A DNA stretch of 64,000 nucleotides, from IMG/VR virus record IMGVR_UViG_3300005614_000040, positions 1 to 64,000 of that record, one strand, 5' to 3'. Position numbers and translations under genes: made by a program. This document shows positions 37,801 to 46,222 of the stretch, piece by piece (the stretch's first letter is position 1; the number at the start of each line of letters is the position of its first letter). The notes below the pieces were generated by a model. That model saw nothing but the letters and a program-made list of their open reading frames with translations. It did not search any database and was not told where the DNA came from. Source of the DNA: a virus.

Positions 37801-38079
37801 CGACTCAGTCAACGGTGTGTTGACGCCCTCCCAGAGTTTCTGGTACCAAGGCGCGTTCGGGTCTTCGATAGACGCAGGTGCGCCCCCACCCAAAGGCGGA
37901 GGCGCAGGGGTGCCGACCCGGTACTGAGCGAACTGGTCAGCAGGCGGAGTTGGGGTTGCCGGGGTTGAAGCCGGGGCTGCACTCTGGCCAGCAGGCTTTA
38001 CCGCGTACTGAGCAAACGGGTCGGCTGGAGCGGGAGTGGCAGTGGAACGGTACTGTGCAAACGGATCGTCTTGCGCCAT
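31831..38079 (-). CDS. giant virion-associated protein (2082 aa); T7 gp16-like internal core/ejection protein by position
   Basis: A single clean ORF carries no recognised catalytic motifs. It is the last gene of the structural operon, after gp14- and gp15-like Q/A-rich proteins. Confidence 0.6.
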   Translation of the reverse strand: MAQDDPFAQYRSTATPAPADPFAQYAVKPAGQSAAPASTPATPTPPADQFAQYRVGTPAPPPLGGGAPASIEDPNAPWYQKLWEGVNTPLTESVLGWHDSRPGAGGIERGVEKFLTGLTSPLSLGLGALTFGEGSLIESAGASVLRDTLMGGAEGLDAAAADAQIGQFGKAIKAATDAQRAGKPIAQAVADSGMDYNRYLALNTYLHDADLTAQSDFVGGNLAERAMSKAFRAIGDTTPAQAQKVAKGMEAAINFGFAAPQVYQAAHMFPGVLDDWKEGNYDGANEKLTEAILSGGLGLLGIKYTLAKAGEFMPAVNEVERLAPTQEAQKVRAITAVRDGDIESAANEARNVENTLNGELGKPEYYGNLFAAGAKNLAAQFEGKEAIEARTKAKRWVTAALDTGVADTEKARQAGNSIYQRFGMLDKILPYDAATASRPELAPVPNEGPNVQGAELPSPMPGESTTGAGQHPGLPDDLQELIRRGDEGLTEKGKQQLLDWAEAYHKVAQGLSPDELALVDKFRKVNDENWTAAAKAGVIHSYVDNYIQRVFGENADKAVGAWRNEVRSGRFDLKATQAMHRVYGSIFEGLMRGHELLTDDPVQLTGYGVESLRTIAANVNWFKAIRAAGVRGSDGLPAAVLRGAGDTLAARNGGDPNILVLPNQLQSISIAANDVKNMIASGMLERHLRSGAVRDVTPRVNPTNITEWVQNIQKEIEAHEQRNPNILDQAGSRRALDETHEFLTDYSNRVVESLQDAIDKGEPIPRNLNVPGWVQLIASKEVRTKTEQADLDRYVAKFRNHAQGLTGDGTRPYTDKDIANLLRQAANPAPAPVRNQVEGQIFASSNQADLNLEQAIAQANSPEVKQAMTRAANIDKKYGLDLQYKQATGIWSHGGGGTDGEPSLVSEGKGDLLDLRTAAALRGKAENQKSVLLWHNDATGPHVQYTIHLSGMDTAKAVQWLRKAGVDGATIEQHPDGSFVHIIDTDPRSKAGQERLSKLHEYFAQDPFDYAYGYGEHLYEHSQTSGPPGPKATYDSVLREAAQRRNNESRSTRGRGIQDNPEGTKLGNYRKVVLSVDRPDSDELAQTRLALSERVQQLSKLNEQRPGDPDTVTRLRIAKDSLDNLDSPKVGEVRADASGHKILWLSRSAMTLLSHILNPYGRAALEGVSLEPSEVPRLLGDIERRYTVGQSTLAKNVGSGLRQLVAEAARDAEGRPVTVIGGQGRSLSYLTRTAREEINHAWQSEVSPDGTVGRHLYGAQWHDLDQQIPGAAQVYLTHNEYESDPVTRVVETAAKLMAGDRDTMGVTPDEEESWLRKYFAAVEERHGSDAFKTLTRVIGTARKLREEFVAHEKDSVSKQLQNRGTVRGVQEGGNGAQGGAGKEAFNSFIDELIDSYGRTHTANQTVPQNGSVMPADLRSYWSKQAFQGPNGKWIQAADSFSARHVAQVRDAATNTKYPQLKEHLRTLKDVQSGVLPKDALQKINDAQTPAYVWHPQGYVTPPKYLPGIHWVAKDAAGNPVFVQGEIAIHPEYAPYLTNALGLDESPLTKNEGFGRITKPLLAAGSEAKSVLLSLSPFHMMQEALRGVMLGVNPLKVHPVDSFTQEAIGRLRQAVNDAQKEASSNPNSPEHAQNLQAAQTELDRARKLRSMAIQGATFAMDRRALSEHSEGLASHSKILAKIPILGKTMDWYQDFLFNRYMPSLKADAALKMYDKYAAAHPDWEPRAVASAAAEHVNNAFGGQNWRAMGRAAATQDWFRLFALAPDWLESEMRFAASTLRGGLGDKNFARNQVLLMAAGLWGAARVLNMVNSGNPHLEAPFGVATKDKNGQDVIYSIRTMPTDILHMASDPEGFMKGRLSPLARMGQEAVTGQDVYGRKLSPGSLWVDLASNMAPIPAQAVASAISGNTNITNAGQLAKAGGLTADVYRTQAQTLAAKLASEKNESGLMTSTQRSRLQAVSRFEDDLRSGRMTFSQLEDLKDFSTLPHDEIKKIKDNVKMTAGMDPQTARMVSTVNRMDMADALQVWELATPRERTAMTKVMTGKKKRYMQKAYKDMSPEERAKDPTFLRIRQMWQEPAASEQ

Positions 38080-38083
38080 TTAT

Positions 38084-39871
38084 TTAGTAGAGAGCACCTG
38101 GGCTTACGTAAGTGCGCGGTCCTGGAGGTGGAGGAGCCACGCCTGTGATTGTTGCGTTCTTCCATGCCGCAGCTTGCGGATTGACGGATGCGTCATCCTT
38201 CGCCCACTTCGCCTTGTTGGCCGCAAAGTCGCCGCGAGACATGACCTGAGTGGTGTTGCCGAGCTTCACGGTTACTTGCTCATCCTGATTGGGTAGAGGT
38301 GCGCCCCCGGCCGATGGCTTGGCGTTGGGGTGAGCCGCGAGGAACGCTTTGACCGTCGCTGCATCAGGTAGGTCGTACGGTGTTCCATCCGAGTCGATGT
38401 AACGGCCGCCGCCTGCTGGTTCGGCGTTAGTGATGTTGCCGCCCGCCCGGCGAATGATACCGCTTACTACGGATCGAGCTTCGTTGGCGTCCACTCCGGC
38501 CTGGGCCACGGCTTTGTGCAAAGGCCCGTTCGGATCGTCTTCGTGCGCGGCTGCGTCGATGGCGGCAATCCAGTCGTCGTGCGCCGTCTTCGCGTTCGCG
38601 GTCAAGACTGGCAGCGCAGCGGCGTATTGCTTGGGCGTCACTGGCATCGGATCACCGATCTTCGCACCAGAGGGGATTTTGTCTCCCTTTTTGTAGGTTC
38701 CGTTGCTTCCGCTGAGAACGGCTTCGAGCGCACCCTTGGCAAAGTCCTGGTCCTGCTGATCCTTGTGGAGCTTGTTGATCTCGGCGTAGTACTGGCTCAT
38801 GTGGGCTTTGGCTTCGTCGATCAACGCCTGTTCCCGCTTCGCCGCGAGATCGGCCGCGTTGCGCTGGGTCTGTTCCCCGTATGCGACCTTGGCGTTGGTG
38901 AGAATCGAAGTCCGCTGTTCGGGTGTGATGGTTTCCTTGGCCGCTGCCTTTCGCTGCAGCACGGCGTAGTAGTCCGGGTCCTTGGTCTTGAGCGCTTGCA
39001 TCTCTGGAGTCTTCAGCCAACTGTCTGTGATCGGAGTGGTGACCGAGTTGTCATAGAGGCTGAAGGTGTTCTCCCACACTGGCTGGCCGTTCTTGTCGAG
39101 AGTGGTTTTGGTGCCTGTAGGAATAGCGATGTACTTCGAAGACGCCCCCGGTGTATCCTTGATAAACTGCGCAGCTTCGGACTCGGACAACCCAGTTTTG
39201 AACGGGGCGATGCCGTTGCTGTCAAAGATAGAGGCCGCCTTTTGTTTTCCGGCGTCGGCCACGTCTTTGTGGTAGCTGAAATCCTTACCTTGGGCTTCAA
39301 TAGTCTCGCGGGCAACTTGGGCGTTGTACCCGGCGGTTTGTGCCTTGAGCATCTGTTGACGAAGAGGTGCTTCCTGAGCTTCACGGTCAGCTTGAGACTG
39401 CTCGCGCTGGTTCTGCTGCGCCTTGAGTTGGTCTTCGTAGTCGGCACGCGCCTGGGCAATCCGCTGCTGATTCATCTGCTGATCGCGGTTGACGACGGCG
39501 TTGCCACCCTGCGCAAATGCGGCCAAGCCCGAACCTTCATTCTGACGAGCCTTGTCTTCTCCCATCGCTGCGCCCAAAAGCGCCGAAGCCACGACGTTCT
39601 TGAAGAACTGGCCGGGAGTGTTCTGAACTTGGGTTTGTTGCATCTTGCCATCAGGACCCACGGAGTACTGTGTCGTTTGTCCAGAAAGCGCTTTGAACGC
39701 TTTGCCGATCAATGAGTCGTGAGCGGCGGCGGCTTGCTGCGGATTAGGCGCGGGCTGCACGTTCGGGGGTGGGGGCATCGAAACACTTGGCGCGCCGCCC
39801 GCCATCGGGCTTACTGACGTATTCGGGGGAGGAGCGGGTTGGCCCGCCATCGGATTAATAAGAGCGCCCAT
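38084..39871 (-). CDS. internal virion protein (gp15-like), Gln/Ala-rich coiled coil, Pro-rich termini
   Basis: The ORF is 595 aa with low-complexity Q/A/K segments. Its stop is 4 nt before the giant gene. Confidence 0.55.
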   Translation of the reverse strand: MGALINPMAGQPAPPPNTSVSPMAGGAPSVSMPPPPNVQPAPNPQQAAAAHDSLIGKAFKALSGQTTQYSVGPDGKMQQTQVQNTPGQFFKNVVASALLGAAMGEDKARQNEGSGLAAFAQGGNAVVNRDQQMNQQRIAQARADYEDQLKAQQNQREQSQADREAQEAPLRQQMLKAQTAGYNAQVARETIEAQGKDFSYHKDVADAGKQKAASIFDSNGIAPFKTGLSESEAAQFIKDTPGASSKYIAIPTGTKTTLDKNGQPVWENTFSLYDNSVTTPITDSWLKTPEMQALKTKDPDYYAVLQRKAAAKETITPEQRTSILTNAKVAYGEQTQRNAADLAAKREQALIDEAKAHMSQYYAEINKLHKDQQDQDFAKGALEAVLSGSNGTYKKGDKIPSGAKIGDPMPVTPKQYAAALPVLTANAKTAHDDWIAAIDAAAHEDDPNGPLHKAVAQAGVDANEARSVVSGIIRRAGGNITNAEPAGGGRYIDSDGTPYDLPDAATVKAFLAAHPNAKPSAGGAPLPNQDEQVTVKLGNTTQVMSRGDFAANKAKWAKDDASVNPQAAAWKNATITGVAPPPPGPRTYVSPGALY

Positions 39872-40278
39872 TAGTTTTTACTCGATTCGATGAAATAAGA
39901 CAACGGCGTCTCGGGTGAAATAGATTCGTCGTCGAGCGCCTTGCGCAGAAACTCGGCTACGGCTTTTATGTCGGCCGGAGACTTCACGCGGTACACTCCC
40001 AATAGGTTGGTGAGAGTGTCGGTCTGCCGCAGGCGCGCGCGCGAGTTCGAAGTAATCTTCAGACCCATGTCGTAGACGGCGGCTTTGTAGCCGGAAACCG
40101 ACGACGGAAAAACGCGAAGACCATCTTGGTTGATGACGTGCTTCCCGGGTAGGGCGAAGCTTTGGAGGAGCAAAGGCGAACGCAACTGATAGGCGGGCGA
40201 ATCAGGGTCGTGAAATCCGTTCACGAAACCGATTGCATCCACCAGTGCTTCTACCTTGGGTACTTTATGTTTTTCCAT
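39871..40278 (-). CDS. hypothetical virion protein
   Basis: The likely start is the ATG 'MEKHKVPKV', which abuts the stop of the upstream gene. Confidence 0.45.
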   Translation of the reverse strand: MEKHKVPKVEALVDAIGFVNGFHDPDSPAYQLRSPLLLQSFALPGKHVINQDGLRVFPSSVSGYKAAVYDMGLKITSNSRARLRQTDTLTNLLGVYRVKSPADIKAVAEFLRKALDDESISPETPLSYFIESSKN

Positions 40279-40279
40279 A

Positions 40280-41077
40280 TTATCCCTGCGTCCAGATATC
40301 ACCCGGAGCCGCGCCCGAGTTTGATCCGCCGCCAAATAATGACCCAGTGATCTTGCTGCCGATCTTGCTGCCGATATCACCGAGTATTGGCGCACCTACC
40401 AACCCGGCGATACCGCCGAGTGCGCCACCGATGGCGTTCCACGGAGAGGCGGCGTTGTTCTGGTCGGCTATGGTTTTGGACATATTGAACGCCGACGAAT
40501 TGGCCGAGCCTGCTTCGCTTGCGTACCCAGTCGGGTTGAACTGGCCGGAGGTGCTCAACAGGTCCGACACGGCTCGGTTGTAGTTCTGGTTACCCTGGTT
40601 CCATCCAGCGTTCTGGATACTTAGGAGTTCGTTCGACTCTTGCTGCGCCCCGGCAGAAGCCAGGTCCGCCATCGTCTGCTGGTTGGTTCCGGTTGGCAGG
40701 AGGGCATTGCCACCACCCGCCGCTGCCTGCGCCTCGCCGACCGCGCGCTTCGCGTTCTGGTACTGCTGCGCGGTGCCGGAGGACGCTAGGGTATTCAGGG
40801 CGTTAGTCTGCGCCGTAGAGTACCCAAACTGGCTTGGGCCTGCATTTACGATGGGACTGAGTTGTTTGCTCAAGCCTGCCAAGATGTTCTGCTGATTTGC
40901 AAACGTGGTAGCAAAGTCCTGTTGCAACGTGTGGGCGAGGTCGGCCTGCGCCTGGGCGTTTGCTTTTTCTTCCGCAGACGCGCCTTTGCACAAGACGGCT
41001 GCGCCCGAGTACTCAAAGCTTTCTTCGGCAAGTACAGTGCCATCCCACGCGATCTTCAGATACGTCGTTACTTTCAT
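40280..41077 (-). CDS. internal virion protein (gp14-like) with C-terminal Gly-zipper membrane segment
   Basis: It is Q/A/N-rich and carries 'GGALGGIAGLVGAPILGDIGSKIGSKITGSLFGGG'. Confidence 0.5.
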   Translation of the reverse strand: MKVTTYLKIAWDGTVLAEESFEYSGAAVLCKGASAEEKANAQAQADLAHTLQQDFATTFANQQNILAGLSKQLSPIVNAGPSQFGYSTAQTNALNTLASSGTAQQYQNAKRAVGEAQAAAGGGNALLPTGTNQQTMADLASAGAQQESNELLSIQNAGWNQGNQNYNRAVSDLLSTSGQFNPTGYASEAGSANSSAFNMSKTIADQNNAASPWNAIGGALGGIAGLVGAPILGDIGSKIGSKITGSLFGGGSNSGAAPGDIWTQG

Positions 41078-41499
41078 AGGTCCGCCAGTTTCAAACGGTA
41101 TACAGGGTATTCGATCTTCTCGAAGATTTGTTCAGCAAATTTGTTGGTGTTGTCGTGGTCGCCGATGAAATATATTTCCCCGACTCCGGCAACAAACCCC
41201 AACGTGATGGCCGCCTGGATTAGTTCGCGCATGGCGTTTGCGATTTGCAAATTAGAAACCCCGGGCCGGAACGCCATGCTTTCGAGCACGTAAGGTCGAA
41301 TGGGTCGGGAGTCGATAACAGCCGGGCGCTGGATGGGAAGAAAGGCCAGTTGGCCGATGTTGTCGAACGCCACCAAAGTAAAGCTGTCAGGGGTTAGGGC
41401 GGCAGCGGGATCAAAATTGGGGTTGGCCCGCTGCCACTCCAGAAATAAAGCTGCGTCGTCAGGTACAGCCGGACGCACAAAGATATGGTTCTTAGTCAT
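41074..41499 (-). CDS. hypothetical protein (possible GNAT-like fold)
   Basis: The ORF is 141 aa. The GNAT idea is not supported by any recognised motif. Confidence 0.35.
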   Translation of the reverse strand: MTKNHIFVRPAVPDDAALFLEWQRANPNFDPAAALTPDSFTLVAFDNIGQLAFLPIQRPAVIDSRPIRPYVLESMAFRPGVSNLQIANAMRELIQAAITLGFVAGVGEIYFIGDHDNTNKFAEQIFEKIEYPVYRLKLADL

Positions 41500-41752
41500 T
41501 GTCCTTCTTTACTACCAGGAGAAGTTGTGTCCCCAAGTTCGTAAACCCCCGCTCAACGGCATCCTTCAGATCGTGGAGCGCGGCTTCAACGTGGGGTAGG
41601 TGGTTGGTGGCCATTGTCTGAATGGTCTCTTCTGTTTTCACGACGCGCTCCTCAAACTTCGCGACGTATCGCGAGGCGCGCCAAAAAAATAGAAGAAGAG
41701 TCGGCCAGCCGATGACAGCAATGTGGTCAGTCACGAAAGCAATTAAGTTCAC
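41492..41752 (-). CDS. small N-terminal transmembrane protein (holin-like candidate)
   Basis: A predicted transmembrane helix 'IAVIGWPTLLLFFW' is followed by a charged tail. Confidence 0.35.
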   Translation of the reverse strand: MNLIAFVTDHIAVIGWPTLLLFFWRASRYVAKFEERVVKTEETIQTMATNHLPHVEAALHDLKDAVERGFTNLGTQLLLVVKKDND

Positions 41753-41789
41753 GGTATTCCTCTGAAGGGCCGGACAAACGTGTCCTAGA

Positions 41790-42137
41790 TTATGGATTGA
41801 ACGGCACTATGCTACCGAGGTCTATCGGAAATCCAGAGGTCAACATCCAATACTGCGGAGTCAACCACACTTTCAGACCGTTTGCCCCGTAAGCTTCTAC
41901 CGTGTAGTAAGAGCTATTAGGGTTCAGCAGGTCAGATGTCCAGATAGATTGATTGGGCGCGGCGTTGCCGTTTTGGTCCAAAAAGATTTTGACTGACACC
42001 CCGCCAACGACCTGAGAGGCGGGCAAGGCCACGCTCTCGTCGTGCGAGAGTTGCAGCGTTAGCCAACCGTTGCTAAGCGGCTGGCCGATGGCATTTTGAA
42101 AGCCGCCGCCAAATACTTGAGTGAGAGTGTAGGCCAT
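41790..42137 (-). CDS. virion structural protein
   Basis: The ORF is 115 aa, Gly/Asn-rich and beta-like. Confidence 0.45.
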   Translation of the reverse strand: MAYTLTQVFGGGFQNAIGQPLSNGWLTLQLSHDESVALPASQVVGGVSVKIFLDQNGNAAPNQSIWTSDLLNPNSSYYTVEAYGANGLKVWLTPQYWMLTSGFPIDLGSIVPFNP

Positions 42138-42379
42138 TATTTGAAGGGGTTACCCAACTGGTTAAGGATCGGTACGCGAGTTTGAGGCACCCGACCGCCG
42201 TTGTAGTAGGAGCGCTGGCTGTCCGGCCCGGCGTTTCCGATCTGAGGAACCGCCGCACGTAGAAACGGATTGGGCGCGGCCGGATAAGTCTGCACGTACG
42301 GACTCGGCGGCTTGTCCATTCTTTGGACAGGTTCGAATTTCGCGAGGTTGTATCTGGTGGCTTCGGCAAGTGTTGGCAT
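42137..42379 (-). CDS. small hypothetical protein
   Basis: The ORF is 80 aa and is coupled to its neighbours. Confidence 0.35.
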   Translation of the reverse strand: MPTLAEATRYNLAKFEPVQRMDKPPSPYVQTYPAAPNPFLRAAVPQIGNAGPDSQRSYYNGGRVPQTRVPILNQLGNPFK

Positions 42380-45142
42380 TTAGCGTTCCTGGAGGAAGCC
42401 CCCAAATAACGTGCTCGACATAAGCTCGTTGGCTACGTTTTCTGCTTCCCACGAAATCTTCAACTGCAGGTGACGGCAAATTGCTGGCTGCTCGGTCTGC
42501 GAGAAATAGTGCCGATGCGAGTAGAGCGTCCGGCTTGCGACCAACTGAGGCGGGTCTGGGGTGAAGCGCGGCATCTCCTCGAACGGGCCGGAAATCTCGT
42601 CGATGCGAACACTCGGCATCAGAGGCTTACCCACCTTGATTGAATCGAAAGTGAAATACGCGAGTTCGGCCACTTGGCCCGGGTGGGCCAGAACCAAACT
42701 ACCGATGGTGAAATACGCCGGATAGACTTGTCCGTTATCGGTATTGGTGTTCCAATCCCGGAACAGGATCGGCCCGGTTCCCGATGGCCCAACCAACAGT
42801 TGGTGGACGCCAGGCGCGGTTTCGATAGAAGCCATCGCCTTTGCACCGCCCGCTACGGTAGCCTTCGGACTCCACGTCAACCCCGTCTCGGGTGAGGGGG
42901 TCGCGCACATGCGGAACCAATCGCCTTGACCATCCGAAACGAACAGTGCTTTATCGCGGGTTCCGCCAATGTACCAAGCGAGATAGCTGGTCTGCGGCGA
43001 CCACGGGGCCGACTGGAATTGGTCGCCAATCGGGAAGCCTACTTCAGAGAGACCGTTGTTTGGATCAAGAGAAACAATCTGGCCGTCCGTAGTAAAGAAG
43101 TAGATGACGCCGCCGTTTACGTCAAGGGCGTTGTAGCTTCCGAGACCTGTGCCTAGCGCGAAGGGCAGCGGCGTCAAAGGACTGCTGGTGGTCGCCAATC
43201 CATAGATGATGTAGATATCGGAGTTAGTGAAGACGAATAACCCGGTGCTCAAGGCGACCATCCGGTACACGGGTGCCGGGAACACAGCCACGTTCGCTGG
43301 CCTGAAACCAGTATTCCCGTTTCCGGTTGTGATATCGGGGCCGCTGCTCCAATATACGACGTTGGCCACCGAACCGAATATGCGGCCAAGGTGGTAAGTC
43401 AGGTTTACGAGGCCGTTGGGTGGTGGATCGCTTGATCCGTCTATCGGGGCTTCGATGAGGATGTTGAGCGCGCCCCCACCCATAACAGACGTGTCTGGAA
43501 TACCGGGATCGAGATATACCCAACTTACAACCGAGCCGTCAGCCGGGACCGCATCTTCAAAAAAGAGGGTTGCTCCGCCTTGCTGCGTCCGCCAAATCCA
43601 GATTTGATCTACCTGTGGGTCGGCGGACAACGGGCCGCCAAGCTGCACGAAATAACCTTGTGTGCCGATTGATCCGACACTTCCACCTGGGATCGTAATC
43701 TGCGGGGATGCTTCGGAGACAGTTCCATCTACTGCGTGGTAACTGAACGCATAACTTATGGTTGCGGTGGTTATAATGGTGCCCGGGCCGAGACACTTCC
43801 AGGTAACGCCGCTATCGGCCGTGTTGGTTCCTACTGTCGTGTTCCACACGGGAGGGGTCGCGCCAGTGGTTCCATTGTTGATCGCGTACTGCCAGTTACC
43901 GTTGCTGTCTAAAATGACGTTGACGGTAGCGCTGGTTCCCGACCCGAAAACAGTCGTCGCAAGCCACTCGCCCGGCGGCCCGACATTGAGCCAAGTTACA
44001 TCACCGTCGATGGTAGTGCCGCCGACTCCCGACCAAGTTGGATACACTCTTCCGCTGGCCTGCAGACTACCTGTGGTGTTGTATTCAACGTTTCCGTTGT
44101 TATCGAGAATACTGTAGTTAGTTGGAATTCCGCCGTACGGCTGCCAAAATCTCACAAAGTAAGAACCCACATAGGCCAGCGTTGGCGCGGCTGCAGGGGG
44201 CACTACACCCCAGTTTTCGACGGCAGTTCCGTAGCTTTTCCACTGCTGGCCGGAGTCCTGAGTAACCGTGAACTCGGTCGGTGTAAAAGTGGGTACGGTC
44301 GCGCCCGTGGTTCCACTTCCTGTGGTTGCCACGCCGTTATCGGCGACCAGGGGATGGTTCGACCCGGTGAAGTGGAACACACTAAAGGCACCGAGCGTCG
44401 TAGAGACAATCTGCGTAACAGGAACCGTCGTTCCGTTCAAAACTGCGGCATTGGTCAAACCGGAAAAGGTTACCTCAGCCCCGATTAAGTCGGTAAAATT
44501 CGCGGGAACGTCGGACGGATTCACGTATAGAGTAATGTGCGCGCCAAAAATCTGCGACGCCACAATCTGCATAGTGATCCCGCCAAGAGCCATGTAGACA
44601 ACTCCAGGCGCAGCACCTTGGTTGATTAAGGTTCCGGGCGTGATGGCGGTATTTGCGTCCCAGCTTCGTGGGGCCAGCCACTTCTTTTGGCTGACGCCGT
44701 CGCCCCAGTAGAGGGTGTTACCGACTGACTGCATGTAGCTCTGGCCCGCACCAGGAAGTTTCGACCAGATGAGGTTCTTCTGGTTGTTCGTTCCGTCGTA
44801 AAGACCGTCAGGCTGATCTACCAAAACCGAAATGACTTCGGACGCCAAAAAGCGACGGAACTCATAAAATATGTTAGGTGAGTCCCACTCTTTGTCGTTC
44901 CAGATTGAAAGCCCCGGCCTACGAATCAAGGTAAGCCGGGTGCTCACTTCGACGTTCAAACTCTCAGCAGTGAGTGCGTCGCCGCGCGGACCCAGATACA
45001 GTCCTTCGACCCGCGAGCCACCGTCGCCAAAAAAGCTGCGATTGGTGTAGAGACCCGTGAAGTAGCGTGCCGTCCAAAGGTCTGCATAGCGGGTCTGTTT
45101 GCCTGCGTTCGCGCCCGCGTGTTGAAATGCGTTCTGAGCCAT
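42380..45142 (-). CDS. large tail protein (920 aa; nozzle / tail tubular B-like or fiber)
   Basis: It is rich in Gly/Thr/Asn beta-type sequence and lies upstream of the internal-core genes. Confidence 0.6.
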   Translation of the reverse strand: MAQNAFQHAGANAGKQTRYADLWTARYFTGLYTNRSFFGDGGSRVEGLYLGPRGDALTAESLNVEVSTRLTLIRRPGLSIWNDKEWDSPNIFYEFRRFLASEVISVLVDQPDGLYDGTNNQKNLIWSKLPGAGQSYMQSVGNTLYWGDGVSQKKWLAPRSWDANTAITPGTLINQGAAPGVVYMALGGITMQIVASQIFGAHITLYVNPSDVPANFTDLIGAEVTFSGLTNAAVLNGTTVPVTQIVSTTLGAFSVFHFTGSNHPLVADNGVATTGSGTTGATVPTFTPTEFTVTQDSGQQWKSYGTAVENWGVVPPAAAPTLAYVGSYFVRFWQPYGGIPTNYSILDNNGNVEYNTTGSLQASGRVYPTWSGVGGTTIDGDVTWLNVGPPGEWLATTVFGSGTSATVNVILDSNGNWQYAINNGTTGATPPVWNTTVGTNTADSGVTWKCLGPGTIITTATISYAFSYHAVDGTVSEASPQITIPGGSVGSIGTQGYFVQLGGPLSADPQVDQIWIWRTQQGGATLFFEDAVPADGSVVSWVYLDPGIPDTSVMGGGALNILIEAPIDGSSDPPPNGLVNLTYHLGRIFGSVANVVYWSSGPDITTGNGNTGFRPANVAVFPAPVYRMVALSTGLFVFTNSDIYIIYGLATTSSPLTPLPFALGTGLGSYNALDVNGGVIYFFTTDGQIVSLDPNNGLSEVGFPIGDQFQSAPWSPQTSYLAWYIGGTRDKALFVSDGQGDWFRMCATPSPETGLTWSPKATVAGGAKAMASIETAPGVHQLLVGPSGTGPILFRDWNTNTDNGQVYPAYFTIGSLVLAHPGQVAELAYFTFDSIKVGKPLMPSVRIDEISGPFEEMPRFTPDPPQLVASRTLYSHRHYFSQTEQPAICRHLQLKISWEAENVANELMSSTLFGGFLQER

Positions 45143-46222
45143 TTAGTAGCCGAAAACTCCCTGAGAGTATGGGTTCGAAGGCCCGACTGCAAGACCAGGG
45201 TTGGCTTGAGCACCACCACCCATAATGCCTTCGGACGGATAAAAACAGAACGAATCTTGTTCGCGCTGCCCGGCCTTGAGCGCCGTCATAATTTGTTCTT
45301 CCCACTTGGCGTACTGCGCGTTGGCCTTGGGCGAGCCTGCGTGGTCGTAGCACATCGCCAACATTCCGGCACGGAACAGATACCCAAGCTCATCCGGGAT
45401 CGGAGATATCGTTTGCTGGAGGCTGACGAATTTCGGTGGCTTCATCTGATACCACGGAATTAGCAGCCAAGTGAGACCAGCTTGGGCGGGGAGCGGGTTG
45501 ACGCGGATAGCGTATCCGTTGGGGTCGGCCACTGTCCAAGTTACGCTACCATCCAGGATTGTTGAACCCGGAGGAGCGGCGGGCGGAAGGAACGGTTCGG
45601 TCGATCCTGTGGTGCCGTATGGACTGTTCGGCGGCAGGGTAATTGGAGTGTTGGTGAAGCCCGGGCTGTTGATGTTCAACCCCAGGATCGCGCTGTTGAT
45701 GTAGAGAATGTTATTGTTGGCGTCAACAAATTGTTGGAGCGGAGAGGAGGGTTGGGCCGCCACTCCATACCCACACCGTATTTGGGTGTTCGGAGACCAC
45801 TGGCCCATGTAAGCTTGCCAGTTCCTCAAAAAACAAACCTGCGCCGGGTTTGCCTGGACAGAGGTTCCTTGAAGATCGCGAACCACCTCCATGCTTACCA
45901 TCGGCTTGGGCGCGAGATTGCCGTTGTTCGTCGAGTTGTTGATGTCAACTCGATCTACCCACTGCAGCCAACCCAGGTCGGTTACCTCGGTCACGTAGTC
46001 TTGCTGCAAAGCCACGGTGATGAAAGGCGGAATCGTGGCTTCGTTCCACTTCCAGTCCATGCCTTGCGCGAGAATTTTTTGTGCAACATCGTTGGCGAAC
46101 GTGAGCGCAGGCTCCTGCGTGTACCCAGAGGTTCCGAGAACCGGAACGCACTCGGGGAACGTGCGGAGCCAGGTAACGATATTTTGCACCGTCAGAGTTG
46201 AAGTTGGAACGAGACTAGGCAT
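45143..46222 (-). CDS. tail/virion structural protein (359 aa)
   Basis: The start 'MPSLVPTS' overlaps the lysozyme stop (ATGCCTAG). Confidence 0.5.
   Translation of the reverse strand: MPSLVPTSTLTVQNIVTWLRTFPECVPVLGTSGYTQEPALTFANDVAQKILAQGMDWKWNEATIPPFITVALQQDYVTEVTDLGWLQWVDRVDINNSTNNGNLAPKPMVSMEVVRDLQGTSVQANPAQVCFLRNWQAYMGQWSPNTQIRCGYGVAAQPSSPLQQFVDANNNILYINSAILGLNINSPGFTNTPITLPPNSPYGTTGSTEPFLPPAAPPGSTILDGSVTWTVADPNGYAIRVNPLPAQAGLTWLLIPWYQMKPPKFVSLQQTISPIPDELGYLFRAGMLAMCYDHAGSPKANAQYAKWEEQIMTALKAGQREQDSFCFYPSEGIMGGGAQANPGLAVGPSNPYSQGVFGY

Noticed and set aside
41074-41499. Possible GNAT acetyltransferase
   Set aside because: No clear acetyl-CoA-binding motif (Q/RxxGxG/A) was recognised, so it is left as hypothetical.
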